A stretch of DNA of 64,000 nt from positions 6,624,193 through 6,688,192 of the forward strand of contig CM082595.2 of NCBI GenBank assembly GCA_040954595.2. The letters run 5' to 3'. This DNA is from Balanoglossus misakiensis (lineage: Eukaryota > Animalia > Hemichordata). A program made the translations under genes and the position numbers. Shown here one piece after another: positions 24,633 to 39,600 of the stretch. A model generated the notes under the pieces. It was not told the DNA's origin. It ran no database searches and worked only from the letters and a program-made list of their open reading frames with translations. Each line of letters begins with the position of its first letter. Position 1 is the first letter of the stretch.

Positions 24633-27600
24633 GTAGGTGGGTGGGTGTGTGTGTGTGAGAGAGAGATGGAGAGGGGGAGACGGAGTGAGAGAGATAAAGA
24701 GGAGGGAGAGATGAGAGGGGAGGCAGCGAGAGAGGGAGAGAGAAGGAGTGAGAGAGATAAAGAGAAGGGGAGAGAGGGGAGACAGCGAGAGAGGGAGAGA
24801 GAGAAGAGAGAGAGGAGAGAGAGAATGAAAGATAAATAGAGATACAGAGAGAGAGAATGATAGATAAATAGATAAAGACAGAGAGAGAGAGACTTGTTAT
24901 TCAAACTGTAACGGCATACAAGTGTGGTTTTCTATACTGCTTATTTTCATTTACTTACATGTATAAGTTGTTTGCGCAGTATTCTTAATGAAGATCGATA
25001 TGATAACAAAGCCATTTTGTTGAGTCTTCGAATGACGTCTTGCATTCCAACTTGTTTGTTGTCACTGGTCCATGGATGCCTTGCGCTATTTTAGGAAAAA
25101 ATGAGAAAAAAGAGCAGAATGAACATCAGACTATATAATAATTTCATCATTCCCTGGCCAGGGTGCAGCTACACAACATAAACTATTACACCATTGTCGC
25201 CGTTTTAGACTTGGAGTACTTTGCAATTTAGTTTGTCATTGATCTTGTTATCAGTGATTGAAACCCATGATAAGATGCGAGCTTTCTTATCATCGCAAAT
25301 CAAACGGCTGGCGATTACTCTAAGTGTTACAATTTCAGTTAATTTCATGTGTTTTAGTAGGAAAGTGCGTTTCTCCAAAAGACAAATTGACTTAACTGCA
25401 GCATAGAGTAAAACGCAGTTGGGTCAAAGCGAGTGTATGTGAAACGACTTATGGCTTGCATTCACAGACAAAATACAAAATGTGACAAAAAATTAAATTA
25501 ACGTTCCCCACGTTCAAACGGCAACATGTGGTAATTTCTATTCCATATCCCAAATTAGCAATTTAGTGTACCGTTGGATCACGTGACTGTCTCTTTTCCG
25601 TTACATTCAGTTGTAGTCACTTTGGATCATCAGTTTTGAAACTGTCAACACTTCTAAACACGATTTTTACACAAATTTCACATTTCTCATTGTTTGTCCC
25701 AAGGGTTTATTTAGTCACACGTTAGAAATAAGTTCCCATGAAACATTTGACAGTTGTCATGGTAAATAGGGCCGATGGGTGTCGTGCATGGTTTCGTCGA
25801 CAATACCACCTTAATTACTTAGCCCAAGGGTATAAATTATGGTTTGCTAAATACCCAGTATTACACGAACACACGAGGGAATTGATTAACACTATTCTGT
25901 ACAGGCGTGAGACAGATATTGAAACGAGCGGGGTCTATGATAACGAAAACTTCCCACAGTTCCTGAGCAGCACAATGCGTAATTGTCACCACCTTGTATA
26001 TACATATTCTACATATATTTTCTTTTCTATCATGAGTGTCTATAAGACTGCACTGGCTAATGTGTAGGAAAGTAATACCGGGACTGTAAAACATGTTACA
26101 CTAAACATTGTTAAGTAAGGGACTGGTCATTTTCTTGGGCCGGGGGGGGCGGTTGATTCACGAGGGAGGTCACCCTGTTTTTGGAATTTGGTGATGGGAG
26201 GTCACAGAGGGTCACCCACTTTTCCATGGAGAGGGGGGGGGGGTCAGTCACTTTTTGATATCCACAATATAGAACCCACCCCGGCCAAAGACACTGACCA
26301 GTCCCTAACGTCAAGAGATACATTAGCAGTGTTAACACCGTTGTGGAAATGTCGGTTTCACTGTAAAATGGCACCGACTGATAAATTTAGTGTTTCTAAG
26401 AGCTTGGAAGTGGATTTCTTGTTTGCAAGTAACACTTGTTTCGCGTTTGGAGAAACAGCAGTCGGGGAGTCCATTAATGGAGGTAGATAAGATGACAACC
26501 AAGATAAAAAAAATCGCCGTTGATGACTAATATGCCGTTGCCGTGGTTACGCGTAGCGGAGGGAGAAGTCGGGTGTGATCGCTACTTCTCTGTGTTTTAA
26601 AGATGTGTGCTGTTTGAGACAAAAGTGTAACCCCGTCTACTGAATTTCCCGCAGTTCCGTTGCATGGGGTGTCCCCCATACCACGTGCGCTTTCAACATA
26701 AAAATCGAAAGTTATCGAAGAATAATAAACCAGCCCTTTATGTAAAAAAAATCGGTCTCTCTCGTTGGCTCAATCCGGCGCAGTGCGGACCGATCGATAC
26801 ACGGGAAAACTATAAGGATTAACAACATGTTTGACATAGTTATTGACAGCATTGCACAGATATATACTCCTAATACTAAAGGGATCGTTAAAATTTCAAA
26901 CACGAATCGGTAGCAAGATAAACAGTGAACGCCTCAAAAGACAGAGCGGGGCAGAAAAGAAGAGACACGCGGCCATTATGCACGCTATTGGCTTCGTTAC
27001 TATTGATTAGCGGCGCGGGCAGTTCTCCCTAGATGTGCAACCAGACGGGTCTTCCTCTAATCCCACCGTATCTCTCCCACTCACGGACACAAGGAGCCGT
27101 CCTGTGGGGTTGCCATGGAGATGAAAGACTTAGAGCCAGAGTGATTATCTTAAGAATTATCAATTAAAGCAGCTGGAACCTGCACTTTGTAATTCCCCCC
27201 GCCTGTAACCTGGGAGTGTACTTTGTGTGATTTCTATCAGTTCTGGTTGTGTCGTCTGCTGGGTGGCCATTGGCCAATCGATCAATTCAGACCTGCGCTC
27301 ACTGGATATCTTGCAAATCGAGAATATATGAAACTGATTTTATATTTCGATTTAATTCACCGTTATCTCTTGCAACACAGAAAACATACTGGTGGTAAAA
27401 AGACGATTTTTAAAAAGATAAACAACTTCTAAATTGAGAATAAGCATGATGACGTGTTATCCTCGATTATCAGACTCAAGGAACGCACTTTTGGACTTTT
27501 GAGAAAATCCAATGTAATGCTACCGGGGCATCTGATTCATTCACCAGCGCTCTTCTGCGCATGGAAGAATATTTTCAATGCCACGTTTCCACGTCTTCAA

Positions 27601-30600
27601 CAAGTAGAAGGGATTACAACTGACGTACGGTCGCAAATAATGACCGAGGCCAACATAGCCGAATCCAGTCGCTAAGGTTTCCAAAGTAGATATTACTGAA
27701 TACAGCGACAGGAAGCCTAGCTCCAATTTTCAAGACATACCCATTTGAAATCGGTAATCACGGACCAAACTCTGCATGGTGCACAAGACATCATTCGTGT
27801 TGCACGTGGAGATAATAGGCCTTATTGCCAACAAGGGTGGAATCTTCTAAATTTGTTTCTCAGCGAAAAGTCCCTAGCCTCTCCTATGTTAAGTACAATT
27901 ATATGAAGAATATAATCATACGCGGTGTACACGTGATCTATGGCTGATTTTTCAGCTTTTTTGTTATCTACCATCACAACAGAGTAATCTGTTTTTCGAC
28001 TTCCTAAATAAAATAAAATAAACGAAATGTCACAGTTTCCATGGCGACTGAAACGGGCGCTCGTGGCGGTTAATGGAAAGTCCATTAAAAACCTGAAATG
28101 TGCGTTAGTCTTTTTAGGAAAGAAGCAGACAAGTGATTTCTAGATCTGCGTTGGTAATTGTCATAGCTGATCGGTTATAAGACTACTACACGTTTTAGCC
28201 AATCAAAATGACTATTAGGGCGATAAAGTAGTCCGGCATATACTCCACTCACATTTCAAGTTATTGGTGGCATAAGTCGCTTTTAATGACCGTCCACGCC
28301 AGCATGAGATCCCCCATCCGGGGCGACAATTATCGGGATAACGTCGATGCGGTTTTAAGGCACAAGTACACAAGGGCCCATCGACGGTCTCCGTGATACT
28401 GCATATACTCAAGTAGGAACGGATAGCGCGCGCCGGCTTTCATCTCTTGATGATTCTGTCGCGAGTGATAGGGTTTGAGCCTCATTCACTGACTAATGCA
28501 CGATCGAGTGTTCTCAGAGGTTATTTCAATGCATCAAGTAGCCCACCTCCAGAAGACGAAGACTTCTATCTCAGTCATCTGTACACGAATAAAAGCACTT
28601 CGCCGTGTCTGTCGGCTCAAACCTCGCAATTATCGCTTCTGGTATAACTCGCTTTCAAAAGGGGCAACTTTCTATCCTTTGTGCAGTGTAGCGACAGTGA
28701 AAAATGCCAGTTTTTAACTTTTGTCGGCATCTCCAATACAATCGGCGGTATACACAATAATGTGACAGAACTCAATGAATCTTCGCGCGGTATTTGCCTC
28801 ACAAAGATGTTTTCACGCGGTGAATTGTGTAGTTGTGGAGATATCTACTTTGACTTGACTGCAAAATATAAAAATAAAAATCCCTTTAGACGAAGGAAAA
28901 CCACAGAATACACGATGCACATATATTTTCCAGTCAATCCATATGATTTTCTGTAGTTGTGGAGATATCTACTTTGACTTGACTGCAAAATATAAAAATA
29001 AAAATCCCTTTAGACGAAGGAAAACCACAGAATACACGATGCACATATATTTTCCAGTCAATCCATATGATTTTCTAGACGACTGCAAGTGTGATTGGTT
29101 AAATTTTGAACATGACAAAAACAAACTAGACAATCAATTTGCATATCAAAGTTCATGTGAATATTTACGTCAAGATGACGTTGATAGATTAATTTTGAAA
29201 ATGTTTGGTGGTATACCCTCGACAATGATAATTAATAACGGTGGAAAATGTCACCTCTTGGATTTCCAAAACAAACAAGGCGAGCTTACTCATAGCAACC
29301 TATGAGAACTACAAGCGAGGGAGAGAGGGGGATTCTTCCTAAAGGTCAAAAGGCAAGGTCGCTTTTTGGGTGATTTTCATTTTGGTTGTAAGCTGCTGAA
29401 CAGATTTAATATAATTGGGTGTATATCATGACGCATTTACCTTGGCATACTTTTATAATTGTTATATTTTTGCGAGATGAGAGGAAAATTAATGGACTCG
29501 GCTGTGCTTCGTGCATTCCAACTGAAATTTTGATTTTCTCTCTCCCCTTCCCCATAATTACCAACATACATGTAAATAGCCGTGGGGACGATATATATAC
29601 CTTTACGATACAGGTATTATCATGTTCCACGATACCTAACGATTTTGTGTCAAATCCCTTTATTAGAGTGATCATCTTGACCCCTTAGGTTGACAGAGAC
29701 GAATGCAAAGCACATCTTTGCTACCCATCCGTCATGCAAAACACCACACTGTCTATCGTGTGGCCCTTGGGTGACTAACGTGGCTCGAAGTGTTTATACA
29801 GGACAGCAGTGTCGTTGCATTTTTAAAAGACTGCAGATTTGCAGACGTATACGCTGTCATCTCTATAGAGTTAATGAACTGTTCCTATTTGAAGGACACG
29901 CAGTTAATGTTATAAAATAATATGTGTTAATATTACCCCGGATTAATGGACTAAAATTAGTCCCACTACTATCCAAACACGTGATACCACAGGCGCTCGG
30001 TACATTTCCAAGTCTGTCGTCTGCAATTCTATAGTTTTAATGCAGTTTTAATTTATAAAAATACAAACATTTAATCACAAGGGTGGTGTATGATGGTATG
30101 CAAGGCGCGGACATACCTAAATTAATACTGTGAATTTATGCATTTTTACTGCAGGTCAGAAAAAGAGCATTACTGGAGTTGAGACGGGACAGCAAACTAC
30201 CTCAAAATGGAGTACAAATGGCAACTGGAAAATTTCCAAAAGATTTGTATTCTGGATGATCCTTACAATATGCGGAGCTGCAGTTCTTGTTCTATGTCCT
30301 AGTAAGTGTGGAGCATATTTAGCATAAGGTTTCTCGAAAAGGGACTGTATTATCTATGGAAATTTTCAAACTATATTTTCTGCCTGTGAATCTGGCACAT
30401 TTTCCTTTGATACAGCCAAAAATACACGTTTTGCAGAGCCCCTCATTAGGTTAGGCAATAGAATTCAACGGACAACAAATAATTTCATCAGAGTATAGAA
30501 AAGTGTTTAAGGTGGCATTGCATGAAACCGTCGAGACTTTTTCAGAGGCCTATTTCTCATCAAAGACAACGTTAAAACCCCCATAAACCATATATATTCT

Positions 30601-33600
30601 GGAAGCTGAGATTTTGAACTTTTGTTTGAGTTGCAAATATTATTGATCCCCGGAATTTGTGGCGATTTTGGGTGAAAAAAACATTTTTTGATATTATGTC
30701 ATGAAATTTAAAATAGGTAAAAAAGTTGACCATGCATCATGCATCTTAATATGTCATTCGAAACTAGAGTACACATGCAAAAAAAAAAACGGTAATTTTG
30801 TTTTGCGTTATCTGCTTTCATTGAGGAGTAACAGTGTTTGAAAGTTAGATTTTTAGTAAAATTTGATCAAATTCACGTTGAGTTGTATTGAATCAGAGTT
30901 TATTCCCGCCAGGGACACTTTATCGACTAACAAAAATACCGTTTTGTTGGATGGGTCATACACAATCCCCAGTTAAAATTTGAGCAAATTCGGCTAACGC
31001 AGAGCGAAGCTATTTTCGTCTGAAGTTGTCAAGAGCAGCGAAAATGCAAACTGAGAAAAACGGCCATTTGCATCATTGACACCTATTTGTTAAGCTGTGA
31101 ACTCATTCAGAAAAGTGCTATTTTGGAGTGATTATGCACCATTTCCGCCAAGACGTATTAGTCAGGGTGTGGGTCAGTATTAGGCCTACCGATTTATGTA
31201 AAAAAGTAAAATTTGGCAAAAATCACAAGTTTTCATGCAATGCCACCTTAAAAGCTAAATAAATCGAGCTTTTGGATATACACTTGGAATTGGCACATAT
31301 AGACCTATATGCCATCGAAACTGTCCGTTTTCCCGCCAAATATCCCACTCTTATCGCAATCTCTCGTCTCTTCCCAGCGATCTTGGTCTTCAAGAAGCGA
31401 AGTGATTCCGCCGTGACAACATCACAACGAGGCAAAGGAACATCGGACATTTACTGCGAAACAGATCATTGCCGAAAGATAGGTAGGTCCATACACACAC
31501 ACTACTGCTTAATTAGGCCAACATAATAAAAAGGGCGTGTTTACATGCAAAATGCCTTTCGGAATAGGGTAGGTAGGGTTTTTAAAATGTGACCGTGATT
31601 TAATTAAAACCACCCTTGAATTTCAACCTTTTACTAAATCTCCAGGGATTTGAACTTGGGTTAATCTGGTTGGGGAAACACTTATTTTGCTTGGCCTTCG
31701 ACAGCACTGCACGTATATTGACGTCAAATGAAAATCCGCAATACAAATAAGTGTGTGCCTATAGCCAGGGAACGGATTAGCTTCAGGAAATCACATTAAA
31801 GTCTTTGCATGGAGCCTAGGTAGGGATTTCTTTACCGGGGGAAAGTCTGCTTTTAGAAGAAAAAAAGCGAACGACATATATTTTTTTCTAAGGAATGCAC
31901 GAAATTCCGTTATTTCTGCGAGGGATACAAGTTCTGTTGGGAGCGTATTGAGAATGGACACGACGGCAGGTAGATGCGTGCCGGCGGGGAACTGAGTTGT
32001 TTCGCGGAGAGCGGCAGCTGTTACCGTAGTCTCGTTTTGTTGTGTCGTGCGAGCCTTTGGTTAAAGCGGCAATCGTGACTACGTGGGAGCGCGCTGATAA
32101 ACAGGGCAATTATTTCGGTTGTCGGTCGCAAAAGTTGTCTGCCAACAGGCGATTTGTAATGGGAACATAGTTTTCCTCCAGACAATGTGTATATCTTTGT
32201 TGAGACGCATAGTTATCAGTATCGCGTCATATCAGCGCAAGAATCTTTCCCACTCCTCTCCTACACATATCGACAGTGCTAATGACCAATGTCTGGCTCT
32301 CATTCGCAAAAATGGAACAATTTCCAACTTCCTTGTCAATTGATTATAGAGTAAGGCAAGCCTACTCATTTCCCCTCAGGCGTATAGCTTTTACCGTACA
32401 CGGAAACGCCCCTATCTCCGTACTTGCACATCGGCGTCCGTATAAAATGTGGGGTTACAACCCCATTAACGGTACACACACATTCAAATCCGCACAAAAA
32501 GCATATATTAAGCTTGACAGAGAACTGACGATATTGCTACATTAAAGGCAAAGTGTCACCTATGCAAATTAAGCTACAACTAACATGGAACTTTATAACT
32601 ATAAACCAATCACATATTTTCCCTTCGATGGGTGCCCACGTGAGAAAAAATGTGTGCTACCATATGATTAACATAGACACGCCCTTTAAACCATATATGG
32701 ATGTATGCAAATTAGACATGATTGTATCACAGTATATGTATCTTTTATCATTTGTATAAAGATATGTCCACATTATTGTACAAACTAGGTGACGCATATC
32801 TGCCACATGTACCACAAGAAAACATGGCATTATATAAATATTGACTGATCAAGTCTCACTAATGACAGAGTTTAATTGGATGACCATCACGCGAGTTTTA
32901 TAACATTTTACAGACAACCCCGAATCTGACAACGAAAGCTAGAATAGTAACCTTCTGCACAGGAGGACAGCAAACTTTTAGGTTGCTGGTAGCCATAATG
33001 CATTAAAGTATGTTGTCACCGTTTTGTATTTGTACAACTAGCGTCATCGATGTTTTCGAGAATGGACCCGGATGTGGACCCCTGCGACGATTTCTATGAA
33101 TATTCATGCGGTGGTTGGATTCGCTCTCACGAAATACCACCAGGTTTGCCGACCATCAACACTCTGTATGAGATGCGAGATACACTGGCCAGACAGATCA
33201 AAGGCAAGTACTCAGAAAGTATTCGGAGCAATCGGAGAACAGTGTTCGCCTTAGCATTGCATGATAAAGTAACATTTAGAGGGAGATAAAAAGGGAGAAA
33301 GTAGATAGCTCATCATCATCATCATATTCATCATATTCATCATCACCAACAACAACACCAATACCACCACCACCACCACCACCAACAACAACACCAACAA
33401 CAACAAAGACGACAAAACAATAACAACAATATATATGTAGTTCTCAACCATGGTCATCATTTTCTACTTATTTTGTTTTCAAAACCAGATCACACTCTAT
33501 TCAGAGGGGGAATTCAGTGTACACATTTCCTATCGCCTACATACAGATAGAAATTCCACTTTACAACACCACATGCCTTTCATAGTTTACATATAATTGT

Positions 33601-36600
33601 CTTTACAGTCTTAATAGAAAAGCCAATCAGAGATGACGATATACCCGTAATCAAAGAAGCCAAGAGAAATTACATAGCGTGTACTGACGAAGGTAATTGC
33701 AAGCATACTGGCGAATTGTTTTTCAAAATATATTTACAGCCACTCTGATATGCTTCAACATTTGTCAAGTTCATTCGAAGTGCTGTAGTACATCATACCA
33801 CAGTCCCTCAACCGCATGCTGTGTGTGTCTGTCGATGCAATGTGCATACATACATGCATAGAATGTACTTCTAAACGCCCAGGGCATTTAATCCACGACT
33901 AGGCCTGTACACCCTACTTTTGACTTATTGTTTGAATCGTGTGACACTGAGTTGTACTGACCTGCTTTGACAAAGTTTACCTGACTAAAATTTGCAATGG
34001 TCAGATATTCACAGACAGCAGCTTGATTCTGATTTCGTGACCATTCAATGAATGCTGGGACCATGATACAGTCATAGTCCTCATTCGAGCGTGCTGTGTT
34101 TCAAATAAAACAAGATTGACATCATTCCCCTTATTAAGGAGGTTTTATGTTCAAAGATGAGCGAAGACTGTTGTAGCTTCGCCTCGTCAAATTAGCCCAA
34201 TTCACTTGATAAAAAATTAAACGCAAAACAAAGAATTTACTCCATACAAGGATGCTCAATAACATCATTCTCAGAGGAAAAGTGCAGTCTCAAATATAAA
34301 CCATGCTCAGGTTTGGCGCCTTCCTCTTCTATATCTCAAATATGCCTGGCTTTGCACAAAAATTACATACACGTCTATCCACTCATCTCGAGATGGCCAC
34401 CCACGTACCCTGTAGTCTCAGACATCCAGCCTCTCGTCATTTCCTGCTCTGCGCACGCAACCCCGGAGGGGGGAATCACAGAGCCGGAAGTGACTGACAG
34501 GCTACCTAATCACGATTGCTTTCTCTCAGCCATGTCTGCTAACCCACAAACGATTATTGTTGAAAGCTGACATTTTCATTCCAGACAGACTCGAAGAGAG
34601 AGACGCAGAACCCCTGATCGAACTCCTAGAAACGCTCGGCGGTTGGCCGATTTTGGGGACACAACCTGGAGGACGCTGGGAAGAGTCGACCTTTGACCTC
34701 ACTAATCTGCTGTCCACAATTAACAGAGTTGTCAATCAAGGATTTATAATACAAACATTCGTCGGCAGGGATGATAAAAATTCGTCGCGATATTCGTTGT
34801 TGGTATGTCATTAAACAACAATATGATCTCATAACATGTATGTATGTATGTATGTATGTATCTATGTATCTATGTATCTATGTGTATATACATTTGTTTT
34901 GTCATTCTCAGATTGATCAAGGCAAACTGGGACTACCAAACACAGACTTTTACACTCAGAACAGCGAAGGTAGCAAGGTAATAGATAACAGTCACTAATA
35001 CCACATCATCATTTAAGTTACATGGTTACAAGCTTTGGTACTTCTGACTGGCCGCGTGATATTTAGAATAACGTTGCTACAAATTATCATCTATATCATT
35101 CTACAAATTTCAGGAAGGGCCAGAAAGTAGGATAATCATTGGCGCAAATGCTATTTATCAAAGCTTGCTAAATTAACTAAGGTTCTGCTACAACAGTTAA
35201 CAATCAAAACTCTAGTTCACTCGCTTTCCTTACATTTTTTCAGTATCTGATGGTTTACTTGGAATACATGAAAACGATAGTGAGGTTCATGGGTGTTGAT
35301 GCTGAGGATGAGGATGTGAACTCACAAATCTATGACGTCATTGACTTTGAGAGAAAAATAGCTGGGGTAAGTAGTGGTTTGTCGAACTTTAGAAACGTTA
35401 TCAAAGCAACATTGGCGCCATCTTCGTCAACGTCACCACCATCACCACCAACGACAACACTGTTTTCAACCTTGGGTAACATTGGTTACGTTTAATCAGA
35501 AAACACTCGATTCAGATTGGGGCTCACGGTGTACACATCACCTAAAGCCTACACACTGACACCACAACATCACAACAACAACACCACCACCAACAACCAC
35601 TACCACCACCACGATAACAACGGACAAAACACACAACTTCCTTTATACCGAAAACTATTTGAAAACTAACTCGTAAAAAATGACTCTTACAGCACATGAA
35701 ATCAGAGACACAAAGACGTCACACCAACGACATGTACCACAGAACGACAGTATCTGATCTGCAGGTCCTGGTACCACAGGTGCGTATTCAGTGACGTGGG
35801 CATAATCGGAAGGAAAGATCCTGGCTGAAGGTTTTCTCAGAAAAACGCAACGCAAAGATTACCTCAAAGTCTTAGGGACGACTGTTTTGTCTTATGCGTA
35901 TCGCTCGCAGGCAGATTGGAGTACGTGTTCTTGTTATTTGCGTGTGTGGGCGTCTTCTAGGGCATTACTTTAGTCTTGCACGAATCTGGGAGTCGCTATA
36001 ATAACGACCAAAACATGTCATTATTTCTAGGTTGCATAATTACGCGGCATTAGTTCTGTTGTCTGCTCTTGTTTTGCGTCAGCAATTATCTGCTATACTG
36101 CAGAGCCTTCGCGCAGGTTACATACATCAATTTATGTTTTCAAACGTACCGATTGATTGACAGTATGCGTGAAGCCCGATTCGGAAACAGGCCTTCAAAA
36201 ATGATACGCCTGTGTTTATTATTATAATAATCCAGTTTTTGTATATACATTTTTGTTTATTTCGTTCAAAAGATCGACTGGTTGAGATATTTTAATATCA
36301 TTGGAGGAAACAAATCCCCGATAGGTCCAACGGAACAGACAATTATTACATCACCCGGTTACGTCAGAGAAGCTCTCAGGATAGCCTATGAGGAAGCTAG
36401 TCCGAGGTATGGTTTAGAATGAATTTCTGTTAAAATATTTATTGACTATTGCCTCTATTGTTCACTCATGATCAAGTTAAATGAACGACAAAAAATTAAA
36501 AGAAAATTTAACGAACTTCGTGTTATTTTCAGGACAGTAGTTAACTATGTGCTTTGGAGAGTTGTCATGAAATTTGTCAACAATCTCAGCCGACGATTTC

Positions 36601-39600
36601 GGAAAGCTTCGGCTGCCTTCGGGCAGGTCTTCGTCGAGCCCGAGGATGACGACTACGACATAGATGTGGGGTCGGACTTCACTGAAAGTTCCCGAGGACT
36701 CTGGAAAAGATGCGTTCAGCTGATCAACGCGGAGATGTCGTTCGTGACTGGGAGGATGTACGTGAGCGCATATTATGATGACGCAAACCAAGAACCTGTG
36801 AGTGGCTTAGCTGTTTATTTAACTACAGGTGTAGTAGCAAGAATATGCAAATATTTCAATGGCGTATATATGAAGGGGGGGGGGTCGTCTGCTTATCAGA
36901 AGGGATGTTTCTCACACAAAAGACAGAAGTTAAATGTCCCTAGACTGTCCTACTTGTATTTCATCGAGTATGACCCAAACTGTAACATACAAAGGAGGTT
37001 GATTGAAATAGCCTGTCATATACCGACACAGTTTCCATAGAAATGCAATTGCACATACATGTAATCAACTTGCATTGAAATGTCATGCCAAAGCAGTTGG
37101 TTTGATTATTTGGTTCTTGGGAAGAACCGATTTTCAACGCTGGTTGTGCACATACACCACGCCATGTAGAAATATAATCATTTTTTTCTCGTTCACTAGC
37201 AAAGAATGATGGGATGCTCTAATTCCTCCAAACAGGTGAACACGATGATGTCATACATAGAAGAGACGTTCATTGACATGGTGAAAAACTCAAAGTGGAT
37301 GGACGGGAAGACAAAGAGCGCCGCCATCGACAAGGTAGGAAAATTTCCTTGGACGTCAACATTTGCACAATATTTGTAATGTATTGTAAACTACTTTTTT
37401 CTATTAAAAAAATCGAGTTTTTATCATGAAAATAAACAGTTACATTGAATTTGGTCAGATAGATTAGACTCTTGGGAAATAAACATATTTCTGGCTTGAA
37501 AGAAAATGTTTTAGTGTCGAAATTGCAAAACATTTTATTATTCATGTTTCACACTTTCGAATTTATCGAACATTAAAACAGATAAATTTGTGATGGCGTC
37601 AAGTAAAGAATGTCTTTCTACTATCTGACTAGCCGCAGCACACGTGACACAAAAGTAAAACATCTAAATGTATCTGATCGCCACGATCCTGAAAAATCTA
37701 GTGAAAGGATATGGCAAGATTTCAGCTCGTTAATATCTGACTTCAAGGCAAACTGCGGGATATAGCAAAGATCGTGCCTGGCTTGCAATAGATGTGATTT
37801 AGACGTATTTGTCGGGAGAAGTCTTTAATGTGCTATATGTAGCTGTTGAAATTAGTCGACAATGTTTCCATTTTTAGCTTCGCTGAGCGAAACGGCCCAA
37901 GCACTGTCAATTTAAAGGTGGTCTGGATTTCTAGAAATCCACAGTCCTGACTTGTCCAAATTGCTGAATACAGAACTTATAAAAACCCACATTCCTAAAT
38001 AAAACTGCTCAGTCGAAATTGATTAAAATTCTTAACACAACCTGAGTAATGCTTTAGTAGTTTTAAATGTATTTAAGAAACTGTTAATACATATTCTCCA
38101 TGTATGTTATGTCAACTGTTACAATGGAGCTCTATCGGCTGCTAGTACGCGTGTATTTAACTATTTCCTCGTTCGTTATACGAATAACATTTTCCCTGCA
38201 CGACAGGTAAAATCCATCGATCGCCAGATCGGCTACCCTGATTGGATAATGGACGACGAAAATTTACAACTCTTCTACCAGGGGGTGAGTAGAGAGCTGT
38301 GATACACACAGAACCATATGAAACCTACCTAACACCCTATCCCTCTTTTTGAATAAACATGTACAACATGCAGTCAACTGTAGACGACAACTTAGATATA
38401 ATCTTGTTGTCAGAGAACATTAACATGTCATTGTATGTAATTCGTCGGCGTATGCATAATGTATCTGCTAACATTTGCATTTTGCCCTGGGCAGCTGAAT
38501 TTCTCAACGGACGACCATTTTGGAAACTACCTTGGTTATCTCGGTTGGAACTTCCGATTAGATTTCAGCAAACTCAGAGATCCACCCTCTGAAGAGTAAG
38601 TCTCCCTTTTCAAGCAATTATCTCCATTACATACAGTGGCCATTGCCTAAAATCCAAAATGGCCGCCACAGTGGGAAATGTAACACGCTATACACCGTAT
38701 TTCTCTTCATGCACGAATAACTGCACTTATCCCTTTTGACTAAGACCCTTTGAAGTGTACCGACGTACATGTATCACAATGTATTCTACTTTTTGAGTAC
38801 GCACAGACGTTCTCTCAAGCAAAGCGACGATGCATGTTATGTCACGCGAATGACGTGTGCTACCATTGTCTGATAACTGTATATGGGTTTTTCGGGAACT
38901 TTTGCGCACAAGATGGTGTGGCAAATTCGACAGCTGTAGTATTCTTATTTTATATAGACTCGAATTTGGTATACTTCTGACGTCACTGTCTCGGTAATTT
39001 TTGACGCAACGTACCGTTTCTGTCATTTTCATTTCTTACAGATGGGCACGTGGGCCTGCTTCAGTAAATGCCTACTATTCATTTACAAACATTTTAAGTG
39101 AGTATTAACAGCAAATCAGAACACGAATATAAGGCTTTCATGCAGGAGGAATTGGCGGGAGACGAGTCAAATGTGAAACGGGTGCATCCATTGTGAATGA
39201 GAGAGGGTGGGTGAGGGAGGGATGGGAGGAAATGGAGAGGGGAGGGAGAGAGAGAGGGGGAGAGACAGACAGACAGAGAAACATAGAGAGAAAGAGGATG
39301 GATGGATGGATGGATGGATGGATGGATGCAAGAATGAATGAGATCGAGTGTGTTGACAACATTTGAGAGAATCGTATGGACTTACAAGACGTAGAGCTAT
39401 GGTAAAGTATTTGAAGCGTCAGTCTTCACGTATTGACTCGTTCCCAATTGTCCGAAACTTCTTGATAGATTATGACATTTAACTATTGTTAATGACTCCT
39501 CCATTTTAATTATTGATGTTTATTTCCTTTCACAATAAGCCGTTCCGGCAGGGATCTTACAGCCGTTATTTTACGATATGAAATCTCCAGTGTAAGTAGA

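Noticed and set aside
28681-29305. Two overlapping ORFs sharing [10 protein letters not shown]...
   Set aside because: Caused by the 124-bp duplication; no recognisable domain.
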